This document shows positions 1 to 13,812 of a stretch of 64,000 nucleotides of DNA, piece after piece. The translations under genes were made by a program, and so were the position numbers. The stretch's first letter is position 1; the number at the start of each line of letters is the position of its first letter. The notes under the pieces are model-generated. The model saw only the letters and a list, made by a program, of their open reading frames with translations, ran no database searches and was not told where the DNA came from. Source of the DNA: Geosiphon pyriformis uo1 (lineage: Eukaryota; Fungi; Glomeromycota); assembly GCA_016748015.1 (NCBI GenBank), contig JAAOMT010000226.1, positions 1,036,604-1,100,603 on the forward strand. The letters are read 5' to 3'.

Positions 1-250
1 TTACACTTTTTCAAACCCGAATAACTCTGGAGACATTGAAAATTTGGCACCATCTGTCAAACACGATGGTGAAAAATCATGATTTTCTGGAAAAGGATTA
101 GGACTGTTGGTTAGAATCAATGAAAAAATTGAGCACTATAGTTATATTGACATTTAAAATAAATTACTGCTCTTTATTCAATCCAGATTTAGTGGAAGAA
201 GGTATTCTCTTCAAGATAATATTGCTCATGTCTGTACTGCCAAATTGAAT
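1..250 (+). mobile_element. Tc1/mariner transposase fragment (relic)
   Basis: Broken translation VKHDG..KGLGLLVRINEKI..LQDNIAHVCTA resembles Tc1 motifs VKHGGG..GLGPLV..QDNAPxH. Confidence 0.6.
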
Positions 251-547
251 CAAACAACAAAAAATTACAGAAAAACTTTTGTTTATAGTTTTATGAAATT
301 GAAATAATTTGTTCATGAAAATAGTTTTTTCAAGATAAACTAGTAAATATATATCAATAAATACATTTAATTAATTAAATTTTTTAGTGTTAAAATATGC
401 AAAGAAAAAATTGACTGATTCCAATTTTTTGATTTTGATTTGTGTATAACAATTACATATATTTTATTGTCTAATTTTTTATTCTAATTTCAAAGAATTA
501 ATTGGTTAATTAAAATTTCCCTAAAATATCCAATTTGGAATCAAAAA

Positions 548-1286
548 TTAAAACAAATGGTGAGATCGCCAAAAACACACATCCCTAACTCTTTTTGACA
601 TTGAATCATTTAACCTTTCACCAAAATTGATTTCGATGCTATTCCAGCTAATTTGTAACTTTTCCCACAGCTCATTTGTATTGGAAAGGGGGCCAGGAAG
701 CATATTTACTTCATTCCATAAATGTTTAATTGGGTTTAATGAGATGGTCAATCAAGCAATGCAATCTCATTTTTGCGAAACTAACTTTTTGCTTTTCTAA
801 AAATATGTTTCGGATCATTAAATTGTTGAAAAAGAATTCCAAAAGCGAACCTAATAGAATTTTATTCAAAATATCAATGTAATCCGACCCCATGCAACCC
901 CCCAAACCAACCCACAGGTGGTTAATATGACGATCTTTTAATGACTTTCGCCCAGCTGACCCAAATAACTGGTACTACTTTATGTCTAGGTAGTTTTTGT
1001 GCTTAATTATGGCACATCCATGTCGCCAGAGTATACGCCATATGCTTTCCACTGAAAAATGGACTACTAGGTTAGCTTGGAGTTGGTATTGGACTTTGGA
1101 GCACAGAGGATTTTTCTCGCTCACCTGTGTTCAAGTGTTTTCGCGACCTGGTATTGGTCCCAAAGAGGCACGGGGGGTTTTTCTGGGTCAACTATCTGCT
1201 TTGACACAGCAGTTTTCTTGACTGTGTTTCCTTCTTCTTGCAGTGTATATATTTGGAAACGTCTTTCTTTTTAAAAATGTTGCATG
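548..1286 (-). mobile_element. Tc1/mariner transposase relic, internally deleted
   Basis: Motifs appear in Tc1 order on the minus strand: SVESIWRILWRHG (HTH), WGCM, FQQFNDPKH, LNPIKHLW, then SMSKRVRDV. Confidence 0.75.
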
Positions 1287-1760
1287 AGATCTTTTCATTT
1301 CCTAACTGATCCAATCATAATTAACTGAATTTTAAATTTTTTTTATTTAAACAATAGAGAAAGATAAAAATTCCATCAAATAATATTACTCTTGACCGCG
1401 TACAATTCTTCAATAACGAGATATTCGAATTTCGCCATTTTTTTTGTGTGTTCAGTTTCTTCTGTGAGTAACTGTATGTGCTACTGTTTCAATCTAACTT
1501 TTTAAAGATTAAATTTATATTTTTACTTGTTTGATGCGATTCAATGTAAATTCTAAATGTTATTTATTTCTGTAAACAACATGGTTTTATAATATTAGCA
1601 GATATGACTTAAATATTAGGCATTTGATACAATTTATCCTATTTTTATTAGAATAATCCAAAATATATTGTAAAAATTACAAAAGCGTGATATTCATTTA
1701 AAAAAATAATATTTTCCAGGAAATAATGATACTGAGTATCAACAACAACTCGAACATTGT

Positions 1761-3764
1761 TTAATTCATGAATTTTGCGTTTATGAAAAGATAAGCACTA
1801 ATTGCAACAATCGTAATTAGAAAACCCGTCTTCGATTTATTTCCGAAATGAATGTTCCCTCCACTTTTCTTTACAAAAGAAGGTGTAGACACGAGAAGCC
1901 AGCCCAGAACTTTCATTTTTTTTTGGGTGTACGGTGGATACCGTGCCTTTAGTAATCTTTCAGCATAGAATGGTGTTTCAAGTGTACTACGTTCGTGTGA
2001 AAAGACGTCAAAGGATCGCTTGCCGTGATAGCTGCCCATCCCCGAGGAACCAATACCACCAAATGGTAAGGTGTTTACTATAAAAAAGGTTATCATTTTA
2101 AATTTAAAAAATCTCCAGTCTTTTGGTCTCTAACCCATAAAATTACATACCAGCGAAGTGTAGCATGCAATCATTGATCGAGGCACCGCCAGATCGAGTA
2201 TTATCAAGAACTGTTATATTATGTTAAGTGAGCAATATTAGAAAAAATAATCGAAAATGGTAATTATTGATGGTGGGAATTTTAACGAAAAAACATATAG
2301 AGCGAAAGATTTACCATACTGAATTGTCTTTTTGTCCTTGCTAAAAGGATAAAGACATAGAGGTTCAGGAAGATTATTAACAAATTTTATTGCTTCTTCC
2401 AAATTCTTAACCACTATAATCGGTAAAATTGGCCCAAATATTTCTTCTTGCATCAATATATCATCACTCGTGACGTCAGCAACAATGGTTGGGGCTATAA
2501 AAAGGTTATCTCGATCTGATTCCCCTCCAATTACAATTCTTCCTTTTGTCCGCTGAAGCAAATTGGTTAGACGATCAAAATGTCGATGATTGATGATACG
2601 TGCATATCCTTCACTTTGCTGAACGTCGTTTCCTTGCATTTCTCGAAGAGCAATTGGGATCTGTTCAAGAATAGCTGCTTGTACAGATTCTTCACATAAC
2701 ACATAGTCAGGTGCTATACATGTCTTGATTTAAAGAGAAATAAAAAGGAATCTTCTTGTACACATCATTAATGATGATACCCAAGGCTTAGAAAAAAATT
2801 TCGAAAATATCTAATTTACCTGACCACAATTGTATAATTTACCCCAAAGGATCCGTTTTACCGAAATGACGATATCGGTATTTTTCGTCAAAATAACCGG
2901 ACTCTTACCACCAAGTTCCAATGTTATTCGTGTTAAATTCTTAGCCGCAGCAGCCATTATAATTTTACCCACAGCAGTAGATCCTGTGTAAAATATGTGA
3001 TCGAATTTGTTCTCCAAAAGGAAGGTTGTTTCATTAGGACCACCTTGAACAAGAGCATAGGCATTGGGATCCAAGTATTTTGGGAAGAGCTCGGATAACA
3101 GTAATGCAACATGAACAGCCATCTCTGAAGGTTTACATATGGCAGTACATCCAGCGCCAATTGCTCCAACCAGAGGTCCCAATAATAACACAACTGGATA
3201 ATTCCATGAGCTGATGATCAAAACGTTGCCTTTTGGGAGAAAAACCGTAAATTTTTGTGGATAACAAACATTTGGAAATAAAAATGTTATAATATACCGA
3301 TCGGCTCTTTCCTTATATAGCACTTGTTTAAGGCGTAGCCTAATGGGCGCTTCACAACCTCAGGAGCTGCCCATTGATCTAAATTTTTTAACATATCCAG
3401 AATTTCCTGTTTAAGTAATACCGTTTCACCAAGCCATGCTTCGTTCCGTGGCTTGTACAAATCCTGACGCAGTGCCTCAAAAATCGCCGGTTCATTTTCA
3501 TCGATTAAGAGGTAAAGTTGTTGGAGTTGTTGCTTTCGATAGGCTAGAGGTTTTGTGATATTTTGAAAGAATGTCTGACGAAGTGTGGAGACAATCTAGA
3601 TTTTCATTTGATAATATAGTTGAAGGCGAATTTCCAATAAAAATTCTAACATGTTGATATAATCTCCCGTCACCATCATTGTGTAGCAAAAAAAATTCCC
3701 AACCCTTATTCACCTGCTCCATTTCCTCGACTTTTGTATAAGTTAAAGAGGAAGTGGTTGCCAT
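1761..3764 (-). CDS. HFD1: Fatty/aromatic aldehyde dehydrogenase (ALDH3/Hfd1-like), multi-exon, C-terminal membrane anchor
   Basis: Exon 1 is 3764-3714 with a GT donor. Later exons give IRKEPIG, SWNYP, FYTGS, LELGGKSP, catalytic GQ/TC, EEIFGPILP and LPFGGIGSSGMGSYHG, ending in a hydrophobic tail. Introns are GT-AG. Confidence 0.92.
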
Positions 3765-4114
3765 AATATCATGAGAAGTTGATTAATTCGTAATTTTAAA
3801 AATGGTGAGGAGTAAGTCCTTATAGGAGAGTCATGCATGCAAGCATTATTAGTGCTAGCTAAATATATAAACTTGATTTACAACCTTCTTGGGTTGGATC
3901 AACCGGGAAAATATTTTCCCACAGGATTTTTAAATACATGTAATCGTTGCATAATTTAGGAAATTTCATCATACATGTGGTTAGTTGAGCTGCTCCTTTA
4001 TAAATAAAATTATTTTTTCTCACAAATCATTACTTTGAAGAAAAATCCAAACAAAAAATAATTTAAATATTTTGAACAAAGGGAATAACCATTTTAAATT
4101 TGGTAATTTCCGAA

Positions 4115-6473
4115 ATGGAACAACTAAATCTCACTACAATACCAACAACTACAATGCTAGATGATAGCTTAGATAGTGACAATGAGGATGAAAAGTTTAT
4201 GCCTTCATTCACACAACCTTCGACAATTTCACAGCAGGATTTTACACTACTATTTCAAAGGAATGGTTCAACATTGACCGACATAGAACCAGAAGACACC
4301 GAAGAATTACTGATAAACAATAAGCTGCTTTCAGGAAACTCTTCATCGGCAACATTGCAAATTGGCACTAATCACCCTGGAAATAGGTATCATAGACATA
4401 GAGACAGCAATGGTCCAAGTAGAGTCAGGCGAGGAAGTTTCAAAATTGACAATGTTGAAAAAATAATTAAAAGGCTTGCGATGGCATGTGCGTGTACTTT
4501 TGGGATTGGTAGTCATTTCGGGTCACACATAATTGGCCCGATGAAAGGAATTCTCATGAAGGTAATTTTTGATTTTATTTGATTCTAGCTATTTTGATCT
4601 TTGGATAACCGGAATAGATTTCATAAAAAGTCGTGCCATCTTTTCGAACATGAATTTCATTCACAAACCTAAAATATGAATTAACAGCAACTTAGCCTGA
4701 CAAATACACAATTTTCGTTACTGGTCGCTTCGCTGACCCTATGCAATACCGTGATACCGACGGTTTCTGGAATTTTAGTTGCAAAATTTGGAACCACAAA
4801 AAGTTCAATTGTCGTGACAAGTGTCGTTCTTTTAGGAATGTTAATTGTCACGGTTGCCAGCTGGACTGGTAAAATATCAGCCATGATAATAGGCTTCGGA
4901 ATTTTCGGGTAATTATATTTATAACATTAAAGTATATTTAGAGAATTTAAATATCCAAAGATTTTGCATTTTTACAGAATGGGTTTGGCCCCTTTGACAA
5001 TTATCCAAGAAACAATTATCGTACATTTTTTCCAAGGAAATGGACTGGGCTTTGCCTTAGCAACGGGTTTAACAATGGGTAAATTGGTAGGTCCTTTGTT
5101 TTAGACTGCTCGATACTATTTTTCATACGTAATTTTTGAATTTTTTGCAACCCCTATTTCAGGCGTCTTTTATGGCCTCAGTTTTGGCAGTTCCACTTTC
5201 CATGACGCAACCTCTTACATATCGTGCTCCCTTTTTCGTGGCAACGCTTACTTGTTTTGTGTCATGGATAATGAACATTGTATATCTCTTACTGCTGAAA
5301 CACGCGGACGATCGAAAAAATAAAAATCAGGATGGTGCAGCATTACATCAAGTAGTTGAAAAGAAAACAATGCATTGGAGTGCGATATTTGATCTATCAA
5401 ATATGTTTTGGTGGTATTTGGTTGTGGTATTTTTATATGGTACTTCAATGGTGCCTTTTCTCCATCTTTCGAGGTGAGTGAGTTAGCGTGAATCAGGGAG
5501 GATTAATTTGCTTAATCGACTATTAATCCCATCATAAAATTTGAATTCATTCACAGCAATATTATAAAGCATCGCTTTGACACAACCGATTTACTAGCAT
5601 CATGGGATGCTTCGATAGTTCTTTTGTTACCCGTTATCATCTACCCTTTCTTGGGTCTTTTTTTAGATAAATATGGGAAGCGATGCACGATATGTAAGAC
5701 ATATTTTTCTAAAATTGACCTTTTGATTAGTTTTGACTAATAATGACCCAAGTTTTGTTAAATGTCTAGTGGTTGCATCTTCTGTTGCAATTCTTTTGAC
5801 ATTTTTACTTCTTTTGTTACCGCCACATTTGATTCATCCATTCCCTCCTATTTTCTTCTTCGCCTTGGCTTTCTCACTTGCACCATTGACAATTGTCACT
5901 CTTGTGCCATTGTTGACGGAACACGTATCCACCGGCCTGGGGCTCTATAAAAGCCTGGACAATATTGGCGCAACTGTCAGTCAAACTCTCACAGGCTTAA
6001 TTTTGGATGCACATGTGGAAAAGGTTAATTACACTATTGGGCCAGATGGTGTTGAATACGGTCACGAAAATGATGATTTAGTCGCTCTAAAGATGTTTAC
6101 ATTTTTGAGCTTTTTACTTTTGCTGAGTTCCTTGGGATTCTTGTGGGCTGACCAAAAGTATGAGGGTGGACGAATCAATTCAATTGATGATGGAAGTCGG
6201 TATCATCCCACCAACGACTATGGTCAGCTATTATCGCAAGACAATTATCGAACTGGAAGTCTACAAGCAATGGTAATAGAAGACGACACAATCCTTGCAA
6301 AAGAAGGCATGAAAAAACAGCGGGAACAAGCCCGGATATATATTGGATTGATAACTCTATTATTAATTTTCTGTTGGGCCCTATTTGGAATTGTAGCTTG
6401 GGAAAAGGCCGGCGTACATGCTCAGCCACGCAACCCTATAACTGTGCCTTTACCCTTACCAAGTAATTTATAG
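4115..6473 (+). CDS. Major facilitator superfamily transporter (MFSD1-like), multi-exon
   Basis: Acidic N-terminus followed by many TM helices across GT-AG exons (GSHFGSHIIGPMKGIL, TQFSLL, GLAPLTIIQETII, GLFLDKYGKR, GLGLYKSLDNIG). Confidence 0.85.
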
Positions 6474-6618
6474 ACATTTTAATCATAAAAAAAAGCTTAA
6501 TGAAGCAAAGAATTGTAAATTTTTTGTGTATGAAACTCACGAAATCTTCAATTCGAATTTTTCTTCATGTAAAATTGGTTTAGATAATTCACCTAATTTA
6601 TTAATTATAGAGATTATT

Positions 6619-6718
6619 TAGTCAAAGGCGAAAATTTAGCTGATTTTTAAAGTCTATTCAAATGTATTTTAAAGCAACCTGGTTCTAAATTATTAGCTCA
6701 ATTTCATCGCCTTGACTA
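6619..6718. repeat. 100-bp inverted-repeat (MITE-like) element
   Basis: tagtcaaaggcgaaaatttagct at the left matches the reverse complement of agctcaatttcatcgccttgacta at the right, with small indels. Both ends are TA. Confidence 0.55.
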
Positions 6719-7739
6719 TTCAAAAGATAGAAATTATAGGATAAATTTTAAAATTAGTTTTTTAATGTATATGATTCCAGGTCATTTTAATGGTGACCCT
6801 CCATATTTAACAAGAGATTTGGTCGATAGAGCTCAATCATTGCAAAGACCTAGTATAATTCCTCTGCAACCAAAATATCCTTGAAAAAAGAACGAATCCT
6901 TATCTGGCTACCGGATACCAAAGAGTTATCTGAGCCTTGAAAAACTCATTTTGATACAAAGCGAGACTGTTTGGGAGAATATAAGGACTTTTTCCACAGA
7001 GAAACAAAAAAATTTTCCAATAATGAGATTAAAAAATATTACATTCAAAGAAAATGACTTGGAATATCTCGATGGTTATAAAGTCCAGAATTAATGAATG
7101 ATTTTGAAGAAAAACAATTTATTTATTTTACCCAAAAATATAACACAAAATGAATGAAATTGATTTAAAGAATCTAGAAAATCCCAAATTACCAAATCTG
7201 AATCTTTTTGGCTAGCGAAAACATTTTAGTTGAAATTATTTTGAATAAAAATTTAATATACTCAATACTTCATGAATGGGGCTTTTAGCATTTTAAAGTT
7301 TGCTAAATGTTAGCTCAGGTTTCTTCAAATCGATTCGTGATTTTTTGAAAGAAATAGGTGAAAAGGCATATTTTTTATAGCTTTATAAAGATTCTGACAG
7401 GAAATACATGAAAAAGACTTTCTGCGGTGGAAATTTCCATTTTAGGTTTTTAATTGATTTGTTTTAAAAACTTTCAACATGAGATTTTCTCAATAACATT
7501 AAAGAAAATCATAGCAGATTTAGAAATAATGCTTAATTTTGAATAGACCTCACCAAGCATAGAATATATAAAGTTAAAATAGATAAGATTCATTAATTAT
7601 TGAGAGATTTTATTAAAATTTAGATATCACGTTGGTGATTGGAGATATAAAAAATAATTTATATTTTCGTACATATATCAATCATATAAACTTGGCTTTT
7701 AGCTCTGTAATTTATTTATTTATTTTAACCCTTAGAACA

Positions 7740-8210
7740 GGTAGATGGCGAATGGGATTTAGGCCTGGAGATTGGAGGGCCAATCAAAGAACCATAATGC
7801 CACCCCCACCAAATTTTATTGTTGGTGCATACGTTGGCTCCTAATAGTCCAATCTTCGTGCAATGTTAAGTCGTCGTTTTTGGTGTATTTTTTTAATTCG
7901 TGCTTGTAAACCATTCTGCTGGAGTAGTTTCAACACTAACATTAATTTTATTGTTGATTTTAATTTTTTTTTTGAATTTCTACTGCTGTTGAACATTCTT
8001 GAGTAGAAATAAGACGAACGATTTTTCGGTCATTACGTTTAGTTAAAATCGCGGACATCCAAATTTATGTTTATCAGTGAAACTAGTTTAATTTTTTATG
8101 TGTATTACCGTAGATCGTGCTACACCCTCACGAGAAGCAACTTTTCGGTTAGAATACCTTTCTTCAAAAAGGGTAGATATTCAAACGCGTTTTTCTATAG
8201 GAAAACGGGT
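7740..8210 (-). mobile_element. Tc1/mariner transposase relic condensed by deletions
   Basis: Minus-strand motifs in Tc1 order: YSNRKVASREGVARSTV, NDRKIVRLIS..STAVEIQKK, QNGLQARIKK, PTIKFGGGGIMV, DWPS..PGLNPIRHL. Confidence 0.75.
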
Positions 8211-8608
8211 CATAATAATTTTTTATGACAAAAAGAACTTTAATTCGTTCCTGAAGACTCTCTTCCAGGCTCAGTGTATATAATCAAAGAAAATTTTCTT
8301 CTTTTGAATCATTTGTATTAAGACAATCTTAACGTGCAATAAGAAATGCGACCACCTTTAACGAACCTATTGTTAATTTTCTAATTTGTTCATTTTTTTT
8401 AATAATCGGTAAATTTTTATTCTAATTGTCAGTTCAATCGTAAAAATCATAATTAAAGTGATACCTAAAATTTAATGACTTTTGCGAGCCACTTTATTTT
8501 GAACCAGCAATTAACATAAAACCATGCTTATCAGTTTCAAAATCGCGAAAATAATCACCCCATTTTTTTCTCTTCTTACCTCCCCCTTTATTGAGCCAAC
8601 TTCTCAAA

Positions 8609-8734
8609 ATGCTTATACCACCACCATCCCTCACCTCCATTAAGAAAGGTTACCTCTATGCCCGTGTCTTTAGTACAAAGCAAAAAGAGGATCTTGAGCG
8701 ACAAAAACAACGAATCTTTCTTGATAATTTATAA
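8609..8734 (+). pseudogene. IS607-type serine recombinase (TnpA) catalytic-motif fragment
   Basis: Translates to MLIPPPSLTSIKKGYLYARVFSTKQKEDLERQKQRIFLDNL*, matching the YARVSSxKQKxDLERQ signature. The catalytic Ser codon appears as TTT, one C>T from TCT. Confidence 0.65.
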
Positions 8735-11700
8735 GTTTGAGAACAAATCTGAACAAGTCATTCCCAATTTAAAAAAACCATCATATTAAAGTCAGATTGT
8801 GTCACGAGCATTATACTTTGATTGAAAAAATATTTTTTTTATATAATACAACACTAAGTTAATCTTATTATCCTCTTAGCATTACAGCCAATTCCATTAA
8901 GATGTGTTAATACAAAAGATACTTTAAAAATATTTCCAGCTTTTTTGGTCAAACTAACTTTCATGACCCAATTTTAACAAGATAATATTGTGTGAATGCA
9001 TCACATTGGATTCATATCCATGAATGTGATTCGGAAATCCCAAATCATTGTTATGAATTGTTCCATTTTTTTTACAATCTGGTAGTAGAAATTTATACTT
9101 TGTCTCTATTGGCAATTAATCAAATAAATTATAGTGGCAAACTTTACATATTTGTAGATCTTTAGAGCTTCTCTATACCAATTTCTTATTACAAAATCTC
9201 TGACAAGCATTATGTAAAGTTATTATAATTGTTTCAAATCCCTTTTTTTTATTTATTAAAAAAATAATATAATAATGTTAATTATAAATTTTAATTATGC
9301 AAATTATGTAAATTAGTTAATTACATAAGAATTAATATTATTAATACTTATATGAAAATTTTTAACCAAACAAATTTCCTTAAAAATAAGAAACTGAATT
9401 TTATTTAATACAATTTTTAATAAAAATGAAATGTTTTCATTTTTAATTAATACAGTATAGTTTTAATGTAATTTTAAATGATTAATTATGTTGAAACTGT
9501 ATAATATATATTTATATTATACTATTTATTGTAAACTAAAATAAATAATAAAAAACTATACTTTATTAAAACAATATAAAATTATAAAATTATAAAAATA
9601 ATAGTAATATAATTAATATAATATTTAAATATATATTTTACATATTTTTATTAATATAAAACTTATTTTTTATATTAATATTAATATTTTTTACTGTATT
9701 AATTAAATATAATCTAATTTTTATTTATTTTATATTAAAAATTTTATTATTAATATATTTAATTTAATATTATATATTTACATTAAAATTTTTTTATTAT
9801 TTTACTAAAATATAACATATTATTATTCAAATTAAGTCATTTTATTTTATATTAAAAACATTAATAATTTAACAAAATTTTATGTATAAATTTAGTTAAA
9901 TTAATTATAATATTATAATATTTTTAATTTATTTTTTATATTTAAATTTTTTTGATTTTTATTAAGTTTAATTATAATAAAACAAGTTAAAAAATAATTC
10001 AAACATAAAAAACAAAATCAATAAAATATTTTGTAACCATAAATAATTGAAAACCAATTTTATTTAAATTAAAAAAAGCAACTTTATAAATTAAAATCAA
10101 ATAATTCAAATTTTAATTTATTTTAATATTATTATTATTAAAAGTTTTTTAAAACTTAAAAATAATAATATATTTTTAAAGTAATAAAATTTAGATAATA
10201 AAAAAATAAAAAGTAATTAATTATGTATTTAAATAATCATATTATTAATTTTATAAAATTATATATCTAAAAAAATTAATTAATTTGATTTTTAAAGTAT
10301 TTTTTAAGACAATAATTTTTATTAATTTAAAAAAACAAATTTTAATACTATTTTTTACTAATATTAAAACTGGTTTTAATATGTTGTTTAAAAAAAAACT
10401 TTTAACCAAAAAAAATAATGTATTTATATATTTTATTTAATCATTTTTATAATTAAAAAAATTTGCTAATTCTTCTTTTTAACAAAAAAAAAATAAAATT
10501 GTTTTTTTTTACTTTGTTTTAATTATAATTATAAAAATTATAAATAAAAATATATATATATTATAATAATAATTAATAATTACAATTATAAAAAACCAAT
10601 AAATATATATTATTAAAAAAAAACAATATTTATTTTGTTTATATATTTTTTAAATATAATTATTTTAAAAGTTTTTTATAGTAATAATAATATATTTATT
10701 AAAACTTATATAAATTAATAGTTAATTATATTATTTATTTTAATAAAATTTTCAGTCTTAAAAACAAAATAAATTATGTTTTTATATATAATTTTAACCA
10801 ATTAAACTATTAAACAAAAATTAAATTAATAAAATAGAAATTAAAACATTTTTTTTATTTTTTGAAAATATTATTGGTTTTAAAATATTTTTAAAATATT
10901 ATTATTTATTAAAAAATTTTTAAATAATAATTTTTGATTTTGATATTTAATACTATTATTAAAATTATATTTAATTTATATATAACTCTATTAATATAAA
11001 GTTGGTTTTTAAAGAAAATATTATATAAAATCTGTATTTTATGTTTTTTTAGATATTATTATTAAAATTAAATTTGGTAATTTTTTTTAAGATTTTTGGT
11101 TTTGATTTTATTATTGTAAATTTTTTATATTTTTTTAATAATTTTAAAAGTACTATAAGTATTTTAAATAAATTTATTATTATTTTTTATTATTATTAAA
11201 TATGTAAAATTTAATTATTATTTAATACAATATAATTTACTAAAAATTTTAATAAAATATAATTTACATATTTTTTATATGTAATTAAACATATATATTT
11301 AGTTAAAACTAAATTATGTTAAATTTAATAAGAAAAATTTACTTTAAAAAACATTTATACATATAGTTAACTAAAATACAATTATTTTTAACCAATTTAT
11401 TTATTTATTTTGTATTATTATTTGTATTTAACTTAATTCTAAAAGCTTAAAACTTTCAAAAATTATTAATTAAAAAAATGTATTTTTATTAATTTTAAAA
11501 ATATTTTTATTTTTATTTTTATTATAATTATACTTAATTTTAAGCTTACAAGTTTTTTTATACAATTTGCTTAACTAATTATTAATAAACTTAACAACAA
11601 ATCTAATTAACAAATCCAAAACAGTCAATTTAAATTTTAAAAAAGTTAACTTAAAATTAACCAAAAATTAATAATAATAATAATAACAAAAACAACCAAA

Positions 11701-12485
11701 AACTCAATAATAAAAAATTAATAAAGCAAAAATATTAATATAAAATTTAATACCAACAAAATAAAATTCAAGAATCTTAAAATTATTTATAAGTTTAAAT
11801 AATAATTTAAAAAAAAGATAAAAATAATTTACAATTAAATAATTTAAACTTAATATTTAAAATAATTTTAATAATTTTAATATAAATTATAATAAGTTTT
11901 TTATAAGTTTTTTAATTTTAATTATAAAATATTATTAATATTATAATAAAAAATTTTTGTTTTTATTTTTTATATTTGTTGTATATAATATATATTTTTC
12001 TAAAAACTAATTTAAATTCAATTTATTATTATTAAAAAAATTTTAAAACTATTTTTACAATTACTTGAAGTATTTTTCTAATTTAAAAACATAAAATATT
12101 ATAGTTTTAATTATTTTTTCTAAATATAATAATAAAGTTTTTTATTAATTAATAATAAATAATCTTAATTAAAAATTATTTTTTTAATAAATTTAGCTAA
12201 TAAGTACAAGTAAATTCTATAATAAATTTATAATAATAATTTAAATTCAATACTATATTTTTATTTTTTGATTAATTAAAAATTTATTTAGATATTGAGT
12301 ATTTTTTTAATATTAAAACTATTATATATTATATATTTATAATTTTATTTTTAATATTTTTAAATATTTGTTATTATTATTATAATATATTATTTATTGT
12401 TATTATAAAATAATGCTTGTTATTAATACTATCTAATAATTATTAATATTTAATTTATTATTTTTTTAAAATTTGAATTGTACTA

Positions 12486-12546
12486 TTTTATTTTATTTTT
12501 TTTATTAAAGTTTTATGAGTACAGCCCAACCACTACCTAAGTACAT
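12486..12546 (-). mobile_element. LINE 3' terminus with poly(A), minus strand
   Basis: Reverse complement atgtacttaggtagtggttgggctgtactcataaaactttaataaaaaaaa matches the LINE 3' ends at 13770-13812 and 28105-28155. Confidence 0.7.
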
Positions 12547-13324
12547 AAAATCAAATAAGATCTTAAATTAAGTATTTTATAATTAATTAATTTTTTATAC
12601 TATTTATGATTTTTATTAAATTTTAAATTATAATATTATAAAAAAATTCTTATTAATAGTTTTAATTATTAAAAAATTAAGTTTGTTAATTTAAACCAAT
12701 TTTGTTTTTAAAAAACATTAGAATATAATTTTAAAAAATAATAAAAAGTTTATTTTTAAATAATAATTTAATTAACAATAACTATTTAGTTATTTTTGAA
12801 ATTTTGCATATATATTTAATTAAATTAATGTTTATAATAATTATAATACCAAATTTTAAATAATTTAAATTTAAATTAAAAACAAAAACTTTTATTTTAT
12901 TAAATTTATTTATAATTTAAAATTTAATTTAATTTTTTAACTTAATTTTAATAATTATAGAAATCAAATTTTTACTTTTTTATATTACTTAACAATATTA
13001 TTTTGTTTAATAAATTGTTTATATTTTTAATATTACATGTAATAATTTTTTAATTAAATTAATTATTTATTTTTAAAAAAAAAATTGTTTAATCTTAAAA
13101 GTATTATATTAAAAAAAACCTAAAAATTTAGCCAATTTAATTTTAAAATAACTTAATTTTAAAACAATATAAGTAAAAAACCAAAATTCACAAATAAATA
13201 TTAATAGTTTTTTTAAAAATAATATCTAAAACTATATTAATAACAGAAACTAAAACCAAAAAAAGATAATAAATTAATTAAAAATAATAAACAAAAACAT
13301 AATATTTAATTTAGAAAATAATAT

Positions 13325-13812
13325 CTGTGTAAGAAATTTGTCATAAGTGATTGATGCTCAGAGACTGTTGAGGTTTTTGAAGTCAGAAAGGTAACTGTTG
13401 GTATTGTTGTCGATTTTGTAAGGAGTGTTGTTGAACTACATTATAGTAGAGTCTGGCTAATGAGATCTAGTTATAGGGTAAGTATAAAAAAGGCTGGTTC
13501 AGTTGGGAATGATAGGGTGATATCAGGTTTGTCACATTGCAAGACATTTGTGTTGTCTGATGGCATGGTTCGGATGCTTGGTGTTTTGGGTTCTTTTTCT
13601 GTTAGCTTTGGCTGTTATAAGCCTAAACTTTTCTTTTCTGGTTTGGATTTCAGTCCTTGAGTCATTATAAGTGTGTAGTGTTGCCTTGTTTGGCCTAAAT
13701 GGCTAGTCACATGTAGTAAGTGCATGAGCTGCATTTAGTTTAGACCTCTTAATTTGGTTCTGTATACTAGACAGTAGTTGGACTTCACTCATAAAACACG
13801 TAATAAAAAAAA
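13325..13812 (+). mobile_element. 5'-truncated LINE (end of ORF2, 3' UTR, poly(A))
   Basis: GMVRMLGVLGSFSVSFG is homologous to the ORF2 C-terminus near 27900. The shared agtgtgtagtgttg 3' UTR and an A tail follow. Confidence 0.8.

Noticed and set aside
997-1274. Plus-strand ORFs of 74 and 65 aa
   Set aside because: They are antisense shadows of the Tc1 relic.
6783-7093. Reading frame of about 100 codons with a single TGA, after a possible splice acceptor
   Set aside because: No recognisable motif or start codon; it cannot be distinguished from chance or an unidentifiable relic.
7632-7844. 70-aa ORF ending MPPPPNFIVGAY
   Set aside because: It is the reverse complement of the Tc1 KFGGGGIM motif.
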